NCBI GenBank assembly: GCA_008632985.1
Contig: QPGO01000177.1
Location: forward strand, 62,001 to 126,000
Length of the DNA: 64,000 nt
DNA from: Psammoneis japonica
Lineage: Eukaryota
Reading direction: 5' to 3'
Below, one piece after another: positions 44,601 through 57,724 of this stretch (its first letter is position 1; every line of letters starts with the position of its first letter). The notes beneath the pieces were generated by a model that saw only the letters and a program-made list of their open reading frames with translations, ran no database searches and was not told the DNA's origin. A program made the position numbers and the translations under genes.

Positions 44601-47090
44601 TTTTGTTTGCGGGTGAAGCGCCGCAAGCACATGACCTTCCAGCACTTCTCCTGCTTCTTCAATGATCACCACCCCTGCCGCCTTTGAGGACAACAATTCT
44701 TTTGCTTGGGCTGCTCCAGTTGTTGTGGCACCAATGACCCTGGCTTGCTGAAGTATCTCAATGTCTAGCTGTTGCTGAATCATTTTCCTCTCTTGTGTCA
44801 GCTCTTGGAAATCATGGACTTCCGAAACCAAAGAATTTATCTCCTCCTGAAGAATTTCCCGACCCCAACCTTTTAGCAGTTCCGCCCTTTCTTGCTTCGG
44901 TTTCTGCCAGAATTGTCGAAATTCTTCTGTTGATGAAGCAGATAAATAACCTTCCATCCATTCAGGAAATTCATCGCCATCGGTCCAAAGTTGCCATAGG
45001 TAGTCACTCTTGATTGGTCTTTGGTTTGGTCCAATAATTTGGAAAACGTCGCTGCCATGACACGGTTGAAGGTAGTCGTACACGTTCGGGTGCGTATCTT
45101 GTAGAAATTGCTCTGCACCTCCACATGGTGCGGTCCAGCCTAAAGGCTTCTTAATCAGATCAACACGACCTCTAATAATGTCTCGTTGCTTTTCAAGTTG
45201 AGCGTCGACTTGCTTGATTCGGCGAAAGTCGTTGCTTTCCTCATTTGTCTTATTTCGGACTAAGTCTCTCAAGTTGTAGTTTCTGAGTTTTTCGGACTTT
45301 GATCGCCCTCCGATGCGGACAACCCTTCTCTCTCCAGAATCTACTAAGTGTTCCAGAAACTGATCGAGAGCGCGATTGGTGTAGCAGATACATAGAATAG
45401 ACTCATCTGTATTTTGCCTAATCATGCGTGCAGCAAGGGCACCGATGAATGTCTTACCGGTTCCTGGAGGTCCCTGAATCAACGAGACGCGTCGCGTCAT
45501 GGCCAAACGAAGTGCTTCAGCCTGTGTAAAATCCAAGGACGTCCTTGCAACAAGGTCATTAGAAGACCACCTGTTGAGATTGCACTCGTGTTTGTTGAAT
45601 GATTCCCCCGGCGGCATAAGCATTTCATGAGGTAGGTATGCGGGGCGGATCTCGGGAGCAGGGGAGGTCCCACAGAGCTCTTCAAGAAAGGGTAACTCCT
45701 CCGCCATTTGCAACGATTTCAAAATAGGTCGATATGCGAAGAAGGACGACGACGCTTCGATCATATCATATGACGTCATTTACCGACACGTCGCGTTGAT
45801 TTGCAAACTCAACAGGCTATGCCTCTTCTTATCGTCTGAGGACGTCTTCTTCCTGTCACTAAGAAGCGCCTTCAATACCTCATACTTCGCACAGTTCTCC
45901 TGCACATCCGTAAGCGCCTTCTGAAAGTCTGCCGTATCGTCGAACGATACACCAATCACAGGGCCTCCCGGATCGTCGAGCCACAGTTCCGGCGTATCGA
46001 ACTCTCGAACCGATATTGTGCCCATCATCTTGGGCTCGCCCCCCTTGCAAAAGACAATAACACCGCCATGCGATAGCGCCCTCGATCTATCCCAATCGGG
46101 ATTACCTTGTGCACGCGAATCGCACTGTACAATGAAAGCGATTGTGCTTCTCCTATCGCCGAATAGCTTCAGATCGAAAATCCGAGCATTCTTCCATGGC
46201 CTCGAATGATCGGCGATGTTTGCCTTCATTGTACGAACGGAGTCTTCGCGAAGTAGCCGAAAATTGCTATCCAAGAGATTAAGCGTTGCGTCATCGAATA
46301 TACGATTCTCTCCGCTTGCAAGTGGCAGAAAAGATGGCGTTTCGCAAAGCAACTCAACGACCGTGGGGACAATTTTGATATCTCGATAGTTTAGATGGTC
46401 GTTATCGTGACGGCCTCCCGGTGGAATTTTGTCTGTGACCCAGCACGCTGGGTTGATCTGCGCTTCTGGTCTTGCTAGAGCGTTTGTCACACATAATTTC
46501 TCTTTCAAGTCCACCATCAGAAAGGAGCAAAGAGCTCCGGCCTCGCGAATGTCACCTCGATTGCGTAGTTCTTTTGACAGATTATTCAGGTCATCCGAGT
46601 TGCGTGCCTCAATAAATGCCCGGGCGACCGCGAACAAATAGCGACAGAGACACTCGGCAGACTCTTGGCTTAGAAGCTCCACAACTTTGCGCTCCACGAG
46701 CATTGCCGAAAAATTCGGGACAATATAGACGGCCATCAACACTTTATTCTTAAGAGGAATGTAAAGAGGCCTAGCAGTTTCCTCAGTCATGAGGTGTCTT
46801 AGTAACGGAATCAAGAGCTCCTCAACATCTTGCTGTGAGTGTACAAAAGAGAGGAAATCGCGAATGCGTCGGAGACCATGGTCTCGACGGTCTTCGAGCC
46901 TGGCAAGCAAGTCTGCCTTGGAATCAAACGTTGCGAAGCCTTCCAAGAATCGTACTGCCTGGTACCGTGTTGCCATGTGTGCCTCGCCATCTTTTACTAA
47001 CTTTGTAAACACTCGACGGTTATGATTGGGTGGCTTGTGCCTTTTGTTGTGAGAACCACGGTGGTGTTGCTGCATGCGGCGTTTCCCCAT
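41671..47090 (-). CDS. ZNFX1: ZNFX1-like UPF1-family SF1 RNA helicase with NF-X1 zinc fingers, RING-like region and C-terminal RZ finger; interrupted by one in-frame TAA (45780-45782); two small introns near 42830-43070
   Basis: GGRHDNDH..YRDIKIVPT, FRLLRED, QGPPGTGKT, IIEEAGE, IGDHQQLRP, SLFERL, QHRMRP, VDNFQGEE and RVNVLMSRAR. CGH-type finger repeats and HWYECPNGHPYFIGNCG..C..CGAVIGG. Confidence 0.9.
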
Positions 47091-47721
47091 GTTGCATTGA
47101 CGTCTTGAAGAGTGCTGAAGAAACTCGAAGATGATATCCACTTGGTGCTGCCCATTGATGATTGAAAAAGTGCGGCTGTTTATGAAAAGTCGTCCTTTCA
47201 CCAACCTACTCTATACCGGTACTGTAGAGAGTTTCCTAGAGGGGTCTATCAGGATTTTGTCAGACGGCAACATCTGATTGGCTGGTGAAAATTTCGTAGG
47301 CTGGTAGAAAATTGCCAGCCCGTATGTTGCAATCATATCCAGGTGTGCACCTAACGCATGATCCCAATCCATTGGCTGGTGAAATTTTCATTGGTAGGTA
47401 GAAAGTTGTTGTTTCTACCTATTCCTCGATGCGACTTCGCATAGACGCTCGTATTCGAGGAGAGCTGCTTCGCTTGATTTTTTGTGCCTTGTTTCGGTGG
47501 AAAGTGTACGTATAGCTTAAGAGCTCTCTTGTTCATCGTTATCTCATAGTTGGAGTCGCCTCCATGGACCACCCTTTTTCATCCTTTTTGTACGAAGTGT
47601 CGCTTCCCTGATGGGACCAATACAGAAACCCTTGGAGCTGCGCTGGTCGAGAACAGCTTATATGAGAATACAAAACGTGGCCTTTTCCTGCAGTCTTGGC
47701 TCTCGAAAGCGTTAAGAGCGT

Positions 47722-49013
47722 TTAGGAAGTTGTTTCGGAGGTTGCTTCAAGTAGCGGCGTATCTTCAGAAACTGCCTTTTCCTCGTCGATTGACGTATCG
47801 TCCGTAGTAGCAACGCTTTTCATCTTGTGGACTGCCACAACTACCATGTAGCTTAGAATCAATCCGCTCCCTCCCAAACTCCACCTATCCAGTTCTTCAT
47901 GCAAAAAGGCAAGCTCGAAAATATACGTCCAAACAATTTGTGTACACGTTGCCAATGTCGCGGTTGCAGCCGTTTCCAGTTGCAATCCGAGATTTAAAAA
48001 CCATTGTGCGGCATGGCCCAAGACGCCAATCAACAGCACCAAGACGGCACTCGTAATTCCACCACGTACACAAAATACATTGCACGTGCCTTGCCACACG
48101 AGAGATCCAATCACTGCCACGGGCATGCTGACGGCACCATAATAAAACACCATAACGACAGCCGATGCTCGATCTCCAATGGCACGGACGCAAACGTACG
48201 CAAGTCCCGCCAGAGCCGCACCGGCGGTCGTAATCAAGACGGCAATGACTTGTGACATGGAATCAACATCATGATCTTGTTGTTCTGTTGTTGTTGTCGT
48301 GGAAAACAACCACGTGGGATGTGCAATAAGCGCCACTCCCGTCAAACACACAACGGCACCCACCATGTCGATGGGCAACCACGGTTCACCCACTAGACAT
48401 ACGGCAAAGGCTGCCGCAAAGGGCGGAGTGGTAAATTGCAGCGTCACCGCATCCGATAGGGGCAAGACTTGTGCTCCATAAAACCACGCACACACGGCAG
48501 CGGCACCGAGGGTGGCACGCAACACCAACCAACCGCGAACCTCCCGTGAACCCAAGATGGGTTTGTTATTTCCCTCATGAGCCAGGGTAAGGAGGGACAA
48601 GACAACCTGTGCAAGTCCTCGATAAAAGAGAAGTGTAAAGGTGTTGGCATCGTCCGCAAGCAACTTGACTACTAAAAACATGAGACTGGCCGTGAATGCG
48701 CCTACCGGTATGAAATAGAAGAAAAAAATAGTTGAAGCATGGCTTGTGTATGAGAAGCCTGATTGATACACAATCCGAGAAACAATCTAAAACCACATAT
48801 GCTAATAACTTACCCAGCATGATAAAGGTAATACCCCACATCGAGTGTTTTTGGGGAGGAGCTGCGTCCTTTTGTCTGCGTTGCAACGAAAAAAGATGCA
48901 TGAGAAATGAGAATCGCAAATAGAGTAACCCCTTTACTCTTGTATACATTGTCGGATACATACCCTACACGCCCATTTGTGTTTTTGTCTTGGACATGTT
49001 GTTGGTTCGTCAT
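47722..49013 (-). CDS. EamA/DMT-superfamily transporter (SLC35G-like); 3 exons
   Basis: About 10 TM helices with LPLSDAVTLQFTTP, GVALIAHP and YVCVRAIG. A GT-AG spliced model from ATG 49013 is in frame. Confidence 0.85.
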
Positions 49014-49274
49014 TTTATGGAATGCAATGCGGAGCGTTCCGTGCAACAACAAAATGGGTTCGTTACGCCATGGCCTTGAGCGCGTCCGCAAAGATCCAAG
49101 ATCCACCGCGCACACAAAACAGCGCGCGAATTGAAAGTCGCGCGAAACTGCGTGCTAGACGAGAAAAAATGCGAACCCCAAAATTGCGAACCCGGATTTT
49201 TGTGGAAGTGAGGTGAGAGGTGAGAAAGAACAAAATCACACACAAAAAAACAAAAGAACAAACAAAAATCAACC

Positions 49275-50619
49275 ATGAAGGTTTTACTCTGCGGCGGCGG
49301 CAATGCCATTCACGTATTAACGAGCTACATTGGATCCTTGCCCGACTGTAGCGTTTCCATTTTGTCCTTGTTTCCCGGGGAAGCGGAGCGTTTGCAAGAG
49401 GGAGATGGAGGAATTCAGTGCGAAAATGACATGGGGCAAACTGTCCATGGCAAACCGTCCAAAATTTCCAGCAATCCTTCCGAGGTTGTTCCGGGCGCAC
49501 AAGTCATCATTTTGGCATTGCCCTCCTTTACACACGGTCTCTATCTCGAGCAACTCAAACCATATTTGATTCCCGGAGTCATGATTGGATCCATGCCGGG
49601 TCAATCGGGTTTTGATTTGATTGTACGAAGCGTGCTGGGGAGTGACTTTGTCGATGCCTCAAGTGTCTTTTGCTTGGAAACCTTACCGTGGGCGTGTCGT
49701 ATTGTCGAGTATGGAAAATCCGTTCAAGTACTGGGCACCAAGGATGAGATTGGAGCCGTGATTGCTACACCACGAAGCAATGCTTCAAAAGAACAACCGT
49801 CAAATCTCGAGAGCGTCTTGCAAGTACTCCAAAAATTGGTGGGACCCAAACCCGTCCTCCAGCCATCGTCCAATTTCTTGGCTGTCACACTCATGAATCC
49901 CAACACGGTCCATCCCACCATTTCTTATGGTTTTTATCGCAATCGCGATTTACGTGTGCCGTTGGACGAACCTCCCCTCTTTTATCAAGGTGTTGATGCC
50001 TTTACGGGAGACTTGTTGACACGTGTTTCCGATGAAGTCATGCATCTTGGGAGTGTTTTGCAGCAACACTATCCCACTCTGGATTTATCCAGTATGCTTC
50101 ATATTCGTGACGTACTGCTTCGATATTATTCCAATGATTTAGAAGACAAGACGAATGTGTACACCATGTTGAAAACGAGCAAGGCACATCGGGGATTGAC
50201 GCATCCCATGCGAGAAATTGAGACACCCGAGGGAGACAAAAAGTATCTGCCCGATTTCAACTATCGATACTTTACCGAAGGTAAGAGTGTAAATAAATGG
50301 TGACAAACCAGCAGGTATCAACATACATACTTGACGTGTCCCTCACTCACTTTGTGCCTTTTTTGTTTTTCTTGCAAATTACCATGTGTCCATTCCAGAT
50401 TTACCTTGTGGTATGCTGGTGATTCGAGGCATTGCCGAATTGACAGGAGTTGCAACTCCCACGCTGGATGAGGTTATCATGTGGTGCCAAGGCGTCATGG
50501 GACGTGAATTCCTTGTAAATGGTAAAGTGTGTGGAAAGGACTTGGACTTGACGCGATGTCCCCAAGTCTATGGCTTTACCGATCTGGATACATTTCTCAA
50601 AGCCAATCATTATGTGTAA
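49275..50619 (+). CDS. Opine (octopine/tauropine-type) dehydrogenase; 2 exons
   Basis: Rossmann motif VLLCGGGNAIH, ETLPWACR and PLFYQG. Intron 50281-50398 rebuilds RYFTEDLPCG. Confidence 0.88.
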
Positions 50620-50935
50620 ATAATAATGTGAGTCTAAGCATAAAATAATAATGTACATGGTAGTGAGATAGCAGGTAAGGATGCTCTCTACCTAGCTAGC
50701 TGTGCAACTGCAACATCGTGACGGACAAAAATTTTCGTGATTCGATGTATTATGGGCGAGTGTACTGCCACTGGTTTCAAAGTACGTTAAATATTATATC
50801 ACGAGCTAAATATAGTAATTCTAATAAAAGATATTAATTTACAAATATCCACGATACAGGATATCGTGCCTTGCCGGCCGCCGCGCGCCAAAAAAATCGC
50901 TCCACCCAAAAACACCAGAGCCGCATTGAGCCACC

Positions 50936-53900
50936 ATGGCGTCCTTTAGCAGCCCGTCGTCCGTGACGGATCCCTTTGGGTTGGACAATGATTCTTCACC
51001 CATACGCAATACTAGTAATATTACTGATTTTAGTCATCGTCATGGTGGTCGACAGCCACTCAAGAATTCATCCAACACCAAACAACAACAGACAACTACT
51101 GGTTCAACGAAAACCCGACGCGACAATGACGACCGCCGACAGTCACTACCCATGTTGCAATCGCTTCAATCCAGTTTGGAACAATCTCAATCGGCTCGTC
51201 ATGCATTACAACGGGAACTGGATTTGAAAGAATTACAATTGAAACAAAATCAAGAACACACACGAGAATTGGAACAACTGAAATCAAAACTCGAAAAGGA
51301 ATTGAAAAATGTCAAACGACACACGAATTGGAATTACAGACAGAACGAGAGGAGTGTCATACACAAGTACAAGCCCTACAAGTCCAACTCGACGAAGCGT
51401 CTAATCAATTCAAGGAACAGCAAGAGGAATTGTTGGAATCGCATGCCTTGCAACAAGAGCAATTGCAACAACAATCACGACAAACTCGGGCGGCGCAGAA
51501 CGAATTGAAACAAGAACGAGTGCAATTACAACAAGAACGAGACGAATTTGAACAATATCGCAACTCGACCAAGACGGCGTTGGAAACGGAAAAGCAGCAA
51601 TTGCAAACGTCTCTCCATGAATCTCTACAACACGAACGTTCTCGGCTACACAGTGGGAAGATGACTTGATGGAAATGCAAGCACAACAAGTTGCCACCGA
51701 AGGGGAATTGCTCAAGCAAGAAGAACTTTTGGAAGAACGAGTCAAGGTACGGGAAACGCAATTGCAACAAACAAGCTCGGTTGCAACAAGAACAAGAGGA
51801 ATTTGAGAATCAAGTGCAAGAATGCACGGCGGATCTCGAAAAGCGCGAGACGGAATTGTCGCAAAACCAACAAGCGTGGCGAGAACGACAGGAGCAAGAA
51901 TCTCTACAATTACAAACTACAACACAAAAGCTACAGAAAGAAAAGCGGGAACTAGAAGAGTCACGGACCGAATTCAATAGTACCAAGGAGGCATTTCAAC
52001 AAGCGCAAGACGATTTCGAGTTGGAACGACACGATTTCCAAAACAAGCTGCAAGCCCTCTCCCAGTTGGAAGAGACGCTGCAAGCTCAACAAGAGGAATT
52101 GCAACGCGAATCGGCCAGTATGGATGCCAAGTACGAGCTACAATTGCAAGCCACGGAGGAACTCACGTCACGACGACAACAACAAGACGAAGCCCTGGCG
52201 GTGGCGACTGCCAAACTCGAGCAAACCGAACGGCACCATGAAAAGGTTCAAGCCGATACGCTACAAGTACGCAATGCCGTCCAGCTCAAGTTGGCCGAAT
52301 CGCATGCGCAACTCGAGCACGTGCAACAACAAATCCGGAACGAAGGACGAATTCAACAAGACCAAGTCCAAGCTACAGCTCTTTGTCACGGAGCACAAGG
52401 CGAGTACGGCACGAGCCAATAAAGAGAGAAACGAAGCGTCGCGGCAATTGCAAGACTTGCACAACCAACAAGTCGAGGCTGAGCGCGCTCTACAAGAGAC
52501 TCGACAAGAGCACGAACGAGTACGAAACGAAATTGCACAGGATCAGGAATTGTGGAATGCCTTGAAGGAACAATTGCAACAAGAACTCGAGGAACGGTTG
52601 GAGCTGGAACAAGCACAGGCACAACGAGAACTACAGGATTTGCGTCATGCTGCCACGGTCAAAGTCGAATTGTTGGTGCAACAGACGCAGCAGTCGCAAC
52701 AAGAGGCGTATGGAGAATTGGAGAACCGAACGAAGCAATTGCAAGATATGCAAACCAATTTGGAAACGACGAGACGTGTCCTTGACGAAAAGAGGAGGCG
52801 GCTCGATAGGGATCAAGAGAATCTCACGAATGAACAAGGACGTGTAGAGGCCCGACTACAAGAGTTGGAAGCTGCGGCGCAACAATTCGAGCAACAAGAG
52901 AAGGAACTGGCGAGTCGAGTACAAGAGCTGCAAGACAGGCTGGATACCGAACGTCAAGAGCACGAGCGTCAAGTGCACGAAGAGAAAAGTAGGTGGAACC
53001 AAGCGCAAAAGAAGTTGGTCCAACAGAATGATGAAAAGGTTCAAAAGCTCACTACGCAAATCTCCAAACTCCAAGCCGAATGCCGTGTCACCCAGGAGCA
53101 GCTCATCAAGTGCGAAGCCGACTATAGCAATCAAGTGGATACTCTCGAGAATACAAAGGCCAGTCTTTTACACGATGCCACGACGGCGGAAACCGAATTG
53201 CACGCCATGAAGCTTCAACTCGACTCGGAACGGCAGCGTTTCAAGCGTCAATTGGATCAGAGCCAGAAATCCTTGGAACAAACCAAGTCGCTCGTTGAAA
53301 AGCAAAAGCAACAGCTGCGACAGCAATTTAAAGAACTCAACCAGTCGGGACAAGATTATCAAAATCGAATGCAAGAGCTAGAAACCAAGGTGTGTGTGTG
53401 TGTGTGTGGATTGTTGTCGAGGTAAAGCTGTCTGTTGCATCTTGTTCTTACGCTGATATCGTCTTTGTTTCAAAACTCGCCTCAGGAGCTTTTATTAGAG
53501 CAACTCGAGGAGTCCTTGTCTCTGCAGGCATCGGAATTTGAACGCCACCAGCAAGAGACTGCCATTCGAAACCTCTTGTTAAAGACGTGGCGAGCCGAAG
53601 AGGAAGAAAAGGGACTCGCGTTTATGAAGTGGGACCGATTCACCATGCGACAGAGGGTGGAGGAGGAAGAGGCGCACTACCGCAATGCCCAAAAAGAGCA
53701 ATTTGATGAGTCCATGCAAGAGCTTGAAAAGGAACGGGAGCAATTGGAGAAACTCAAAGTGGCATTGCAGAAGAAGCAAGACGAGGCTGAAGCGCGCAAA
53801 CAAGAATTGGACGCGACACGGAACGATGCACAAGAGCAGGAACGTGAAATCGAACGAGCGAGGGAAGAATTGACAAACGCACGCTCCCAGTTGGAGCAAG

Positions 53901-54508
53901 ACCAACGCAAGCACTCGGAAGAGATGGCAAAGAGGCAAAAGGAGCTGGCGGAAGGACAAGCGCGTCTAAAGAATGACCGTGTCGCATTGACCCAACTCGA
54001 CAAGTTTCTGTCGTCCAAGGAGAAAGAGATGCAAGCCAAGGAGCGCGAAGCAAAGAAGAATGCTCGTCTTGTTCAATCGGAAAGTGCAATCGCTGAGAAG
54101 CTTGCACGTCGGGAAGCCAAACTTGTCGAACAGGAAGAGGCGTTGCGTCGAGAAAGGGATGAATTGCAAGAGAAGCAAGCTATGCTGGAGTCTCAGGCCA
54201 AGGAGCATTGGAATGCACAGAGTAGTATCCGCGAATTGACCGCTCGACTGCAACAAAAGGAAGCCGAATTGGAAAAGAAGCAGCGTCGTTTGGATACAGA
54301 ACTTTCCAAGTTGCAAGACGCCCAGATTCGGATAAGGACCATGACTCGTACGTTGGAAGAAAAGCAGGACCAACTATCTCGTGAGCAGTCAGCGCTGAAG
54401 GACCGATGGCACGAGTGCGATGAATGCGAGGCCCAGCTCAACGAGTGGCAAAGCAAGCTTGAAAGTTGGGAATCGTCGACATTGCGAGGGGAACGCGACG
54501 ACGCATGA
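50936..54508 (+). CDS. Large Q/E-rich coiled-coil protein with about 4 apparent frameshifts (about 51320, 51650, 51770, 52360) and intron about 53390-53486; pseudogene or assembly indels
   Basis: Continuous heptad-rich Q/E/K/L sequence that switches between reading frames. Confidence 0.7.
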
Positions 54509-54713
54509 GAAATTCTCTAGCTAGATAGCGGGGTATTCATAACTAGTGAATGCGACTGAACATTGGCGAAAGATAGTAAGAACAAAACATAGTTTGAAGA
54601 TTGCGGCTTCGAGTCCACTACCTACTACTAACTACTACTACTCTAGAGAGTAAGCGTGGACCACACTTGAAGCCGCTTGCAAAAGTCAAAGGTCACAACT
54701 GACGCAGCAAGAC

Positions 54714-55706
54714 TCAAACATGCAGAGACGGATGGTAAACCTTATTCTTCGCGTCCTCTTTCATCCTTTTGATAATGGTGGTGACTGATGATGCTTCGCC
54801 ATAGACTTGACGAATGCGACCAAACGCAGCATCTGCAGTAAATCCAGCTCGTACCAGCCTTGCAACACAATCCCAAATCACTTTTCTTCTGCTGTACGTG
54901 TTCTTGACCCGACCTCGTTCCTCTCTTGTAAAGCATCTCGCTGGCTTTCGTCCTCCGCGGCCGGAAATGTACTCTTGCCAAAGAGCTTCCAGTGTCTTTG
55001 GATTGGGGCTCAAGGCGCATTCAAATGGTATTCCATTCACAAGATTTTCAGTTCGCGTGGTGGTTCCAGCTGCAGTATTCTGCGTTCCAATGTCTTGTTG
55101 AATGCTGCGATGAGTCCCAAAAGTGAGGTGGGCAGCAATTCGCCCCAATGTTTGATTCATACTTTGCATCTCTTGTTGCATCCTTAGCATAAATTCTGCG
55201 GACTTTCTCTCATTTTCTTCCAATAATTGTTTCATCTCGGATAGCTGAGAATTAATGTGCAAAAGATGGTTTTGCGCTTGCTCTAGTTGTGCTGGTACTT
55301 GTGGCTGTGCTGATGCTTGAGGTGGCTGGGCCCGCTCAGTAGTTGTCTCCATACGCTCCTGATCTTCATACTCCCTAACCTTTCGAATGAGCTGATTCAC
55401 TTCCTTTGATTTTGTAGGATTCCCCCTTTTCGTTTCATAGTTCCACGCGGTACTAATTGGCATAAAGCTGGAGAGTGCCTTTTTCCAATGTGACAGAGAG
55501 GACGAGCGACAATTCGTCGCTTTTGCATCTCGAGCAGGAGTGGGCGTCCCATACACCTTATGTTTCATCCAGCGCTCAATGTCAAGAGGATCTATCTGTA
55601 TGAGACGGGCTTCGGTAAAGGTGCGATCCTGGCCGTACTGGACATTGTCCAGAAACGACATGAGCTGTATGAGAGTTGGTTTATAGCAGTCATTCTTTGA
55701 TGGCAT
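54714..55706 (-). CDS. Crypton-derived protein: N-terminal Crypton-like region plus C-terminal GCR1_C domain, with no tyrosine-recombinase catalytic domain
   Basis: N-terminal RSSSLSHWKKALSSFMP..W..GNPTKSKEVN. C-terminal LSPNPKTLEALWQEY..G..GRKPAR.FT..ERG....YSRRKVIW. Confidence 0.75.
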   Translation of the reverse strand: MPSKNDCYKPTLIQLMSFLDNVQYGQDRTFTEARLIQIDPLDIERWMKHKVYGTPTPARDAKATNCRSSSLSHWKKALSSFMPISTAWNYETKRGNPTKSKEVNQLIRKVREYEDQERMETTTERAQPPQASAQPQVPAQLEQAQNHLLHINSQLSEMKQLLEENERKSAEFMLRMQQEMQSMNQTLGRIAAHLTFGTHRSIQQDIGTQNTAAGTTTRTENLVNGIPFECALSPNPKTLEALWQEYISGRGGRKPARCFTREERGRVKNTYSRRKVIWDCVARLVRAGFTADAAFGRIRQVYGEASSVTTIIKRMKEDAKNKVYHPSLHV

Positions 55707-56573
55707 GGTGAAGGTTAAAAGTACAGTCTGTTCACAATTCCCACACACGGGAGACGGGTTTCGAAGCAACCCACAATCGACAACAACAAGCAAGCCAAGG
55801 CATCACACGAAGAGACATGCAGGAACGATTGAATCGATCGACTCTTCGTGCGAACGACACTGGGCTGATGACAGGGACGACGGACCATTTTGTTCGCGTC
55901 TCGTCGTCGGTCGCGACGACTCCTCGCGAGTTCTTTCTCCATTCGTTGGTCCCGCGCCCGCCGCGTGCAAAATTTCAGAATTTTGGATCCTCATGATACG
56001 TTTATCTACGTATTCGAAGGAAAATAAACCTTGGGTCATAAATGAAACGCGGAGTTTTTACGATTAGCACTATCCTCAAGATAATACACGAAAATACTTT
56101 GAATACGTCTTGGGTGGTTGAAGACGTTAATCACAAAGTATGTCGCAATAAGTATCATTCCTTTCTCCTTTGGAGGACATTGTCTGATCTACTCGTATTT
56201 TCCTAAATCTTCCATGTATAAAGGTACCTGCTATTTTTTTTAGACATTTTCTGAGTTGGGAGCAATGTCTAACCCTTTTTTGACCTAGGTTGTACGTCCG
56301 TTGAGAAAATGTCTCTAAGTATTTCCTCGCAATAAGTGCCATGCGACACTTTCGACGACACTTTACGGAGAAATTGATATACGTAGGATCCACGTAAGAC
56401 CCAGTAGTCGGCGATAAAGTAAAATGCGAAATGTCCTCTATTTAGTTGCGTCGTTGAATCTACGTGAGATTCGGTACAACACTTTGTTTTCGTGATAACA
56501 CGACAAAACACACCACGCACCAAACAACTCTTCTCATTTCAACTTGTGTTGAGAGGATTTGAAGTAGAGAACA

Positions 56574-57724
56574 ATGGTTATTCCTAATCCAGCTCGTCTC
56601 CAATCGAGCCTAATCTACAACCGAGAACCACTTTCAGTCGCAAGCCCGATCGTTCCTCCGTTCAACTACAATGGGCTCAGATCTCCTCCTGTGACTCCCC
56701 TCCCTTCTTTCATGCGATCCACTCCTTCTAGGGTGGGGTTGTCTCCAGTGGGTGCTATTCGAGCACCTTCAGCTCTAGAAATGGAACGAGAATTACTTCT
56801 TGCGAGAGTTCGAGTGTTAAACCAAGAACTGGCTTCCTCAACTATGGCCTTGTCGTCCTTATCAACGTTATCACCCTCACTTACCACCAACATGAGGATC
56901 CCAACAAGTCCTCTTCACGCACGTCGTCCATCAGCCCACATGCTGGCCTTGGCAGATGAAAAACGTCTTTGGACCCGCACTCTTAAACAAGAGCAAGACG
57001 CCAGGAAGAAAGCCAGTCAACGCAAACCCACTCCGGATGAAGCTTGGGACTCCATGTTTAAGGCCCTCGCTCACTATCGTCTAAAACGAGGAGACTGTCT
57101 CGTCAAGGAGAAGGAGAATCCTCGTCTTGGGCGTTGGGTACGAAATCAACGCAACCGTAAAAAGCAAGGACTACTCTCTCAAGATCGTGTCATTCGTCTT
57201 GATAGCATTGGCTTTGTTTGGTCACTGGTTCAACAAGAGAGTTGGGAGGCCATGTTTGCCAGATTGGTCGCCTACAGGAAGAAGCATGGAAACTGTCTTG
57301 TGCCGAGATCCTACAAGAATGATCCCAAATTAGGACGTTGGGTGGACACTCAACGAAACAAGAACCGTAACGACATGAGTGAGGAACGAATGAAGCAGCT
57401 GGAGGACATTGGCTTTGTTTGGCAAGTTCACAAACAGACATGGGATTCCATGTACGAACGGTTGGTGAAGTTCAAGGAAGAACACGGCGATTGCTTGGTC
57501 CCGAGTGTTCATGACAAAGATCCAAAATTAGGTACGAGCGTGTTGTTTTAAAATGGCTTTCTTGGCTCTACTATACTCTTACACAAAACTTCTGTTTATC
57601 TCTATTTGAAACAGGAACGTGGGTCCATGTCCAACGCGCTAGAAAAGGCATGCTTTCGGAGGAGCGGAAGAAACGATTGGACGAGATTGGGTTTTGCTGG
57701 TGTATCTTTCAAAAAGGCAATTAG
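56574..57724 (+). CDS. Helicase-associated (HA) domain protein with 3 HA repeats; 2 exons
   Basis: Three W-x2-M-[FY]..L..[YF]...GDCLV...LGRWV..QR....L..IGF.W repeats. Intron 57532-57614. Confidence 0.9.

Noticed and set aside
16448..47090. Tudor-SN plus ZNFX1 as an RNA-silencing gene cluster
   Set aside because: They are over 20 kb apart with unrelated genes between them, so co-location is probably chance.
47276..47404. Imperfect direct repeat attggctggtgaaa..ggtagaaa upstream of ZNFX1
   Set aside because: Only two short copies. It could be promoter sequence but nothing supports a function.
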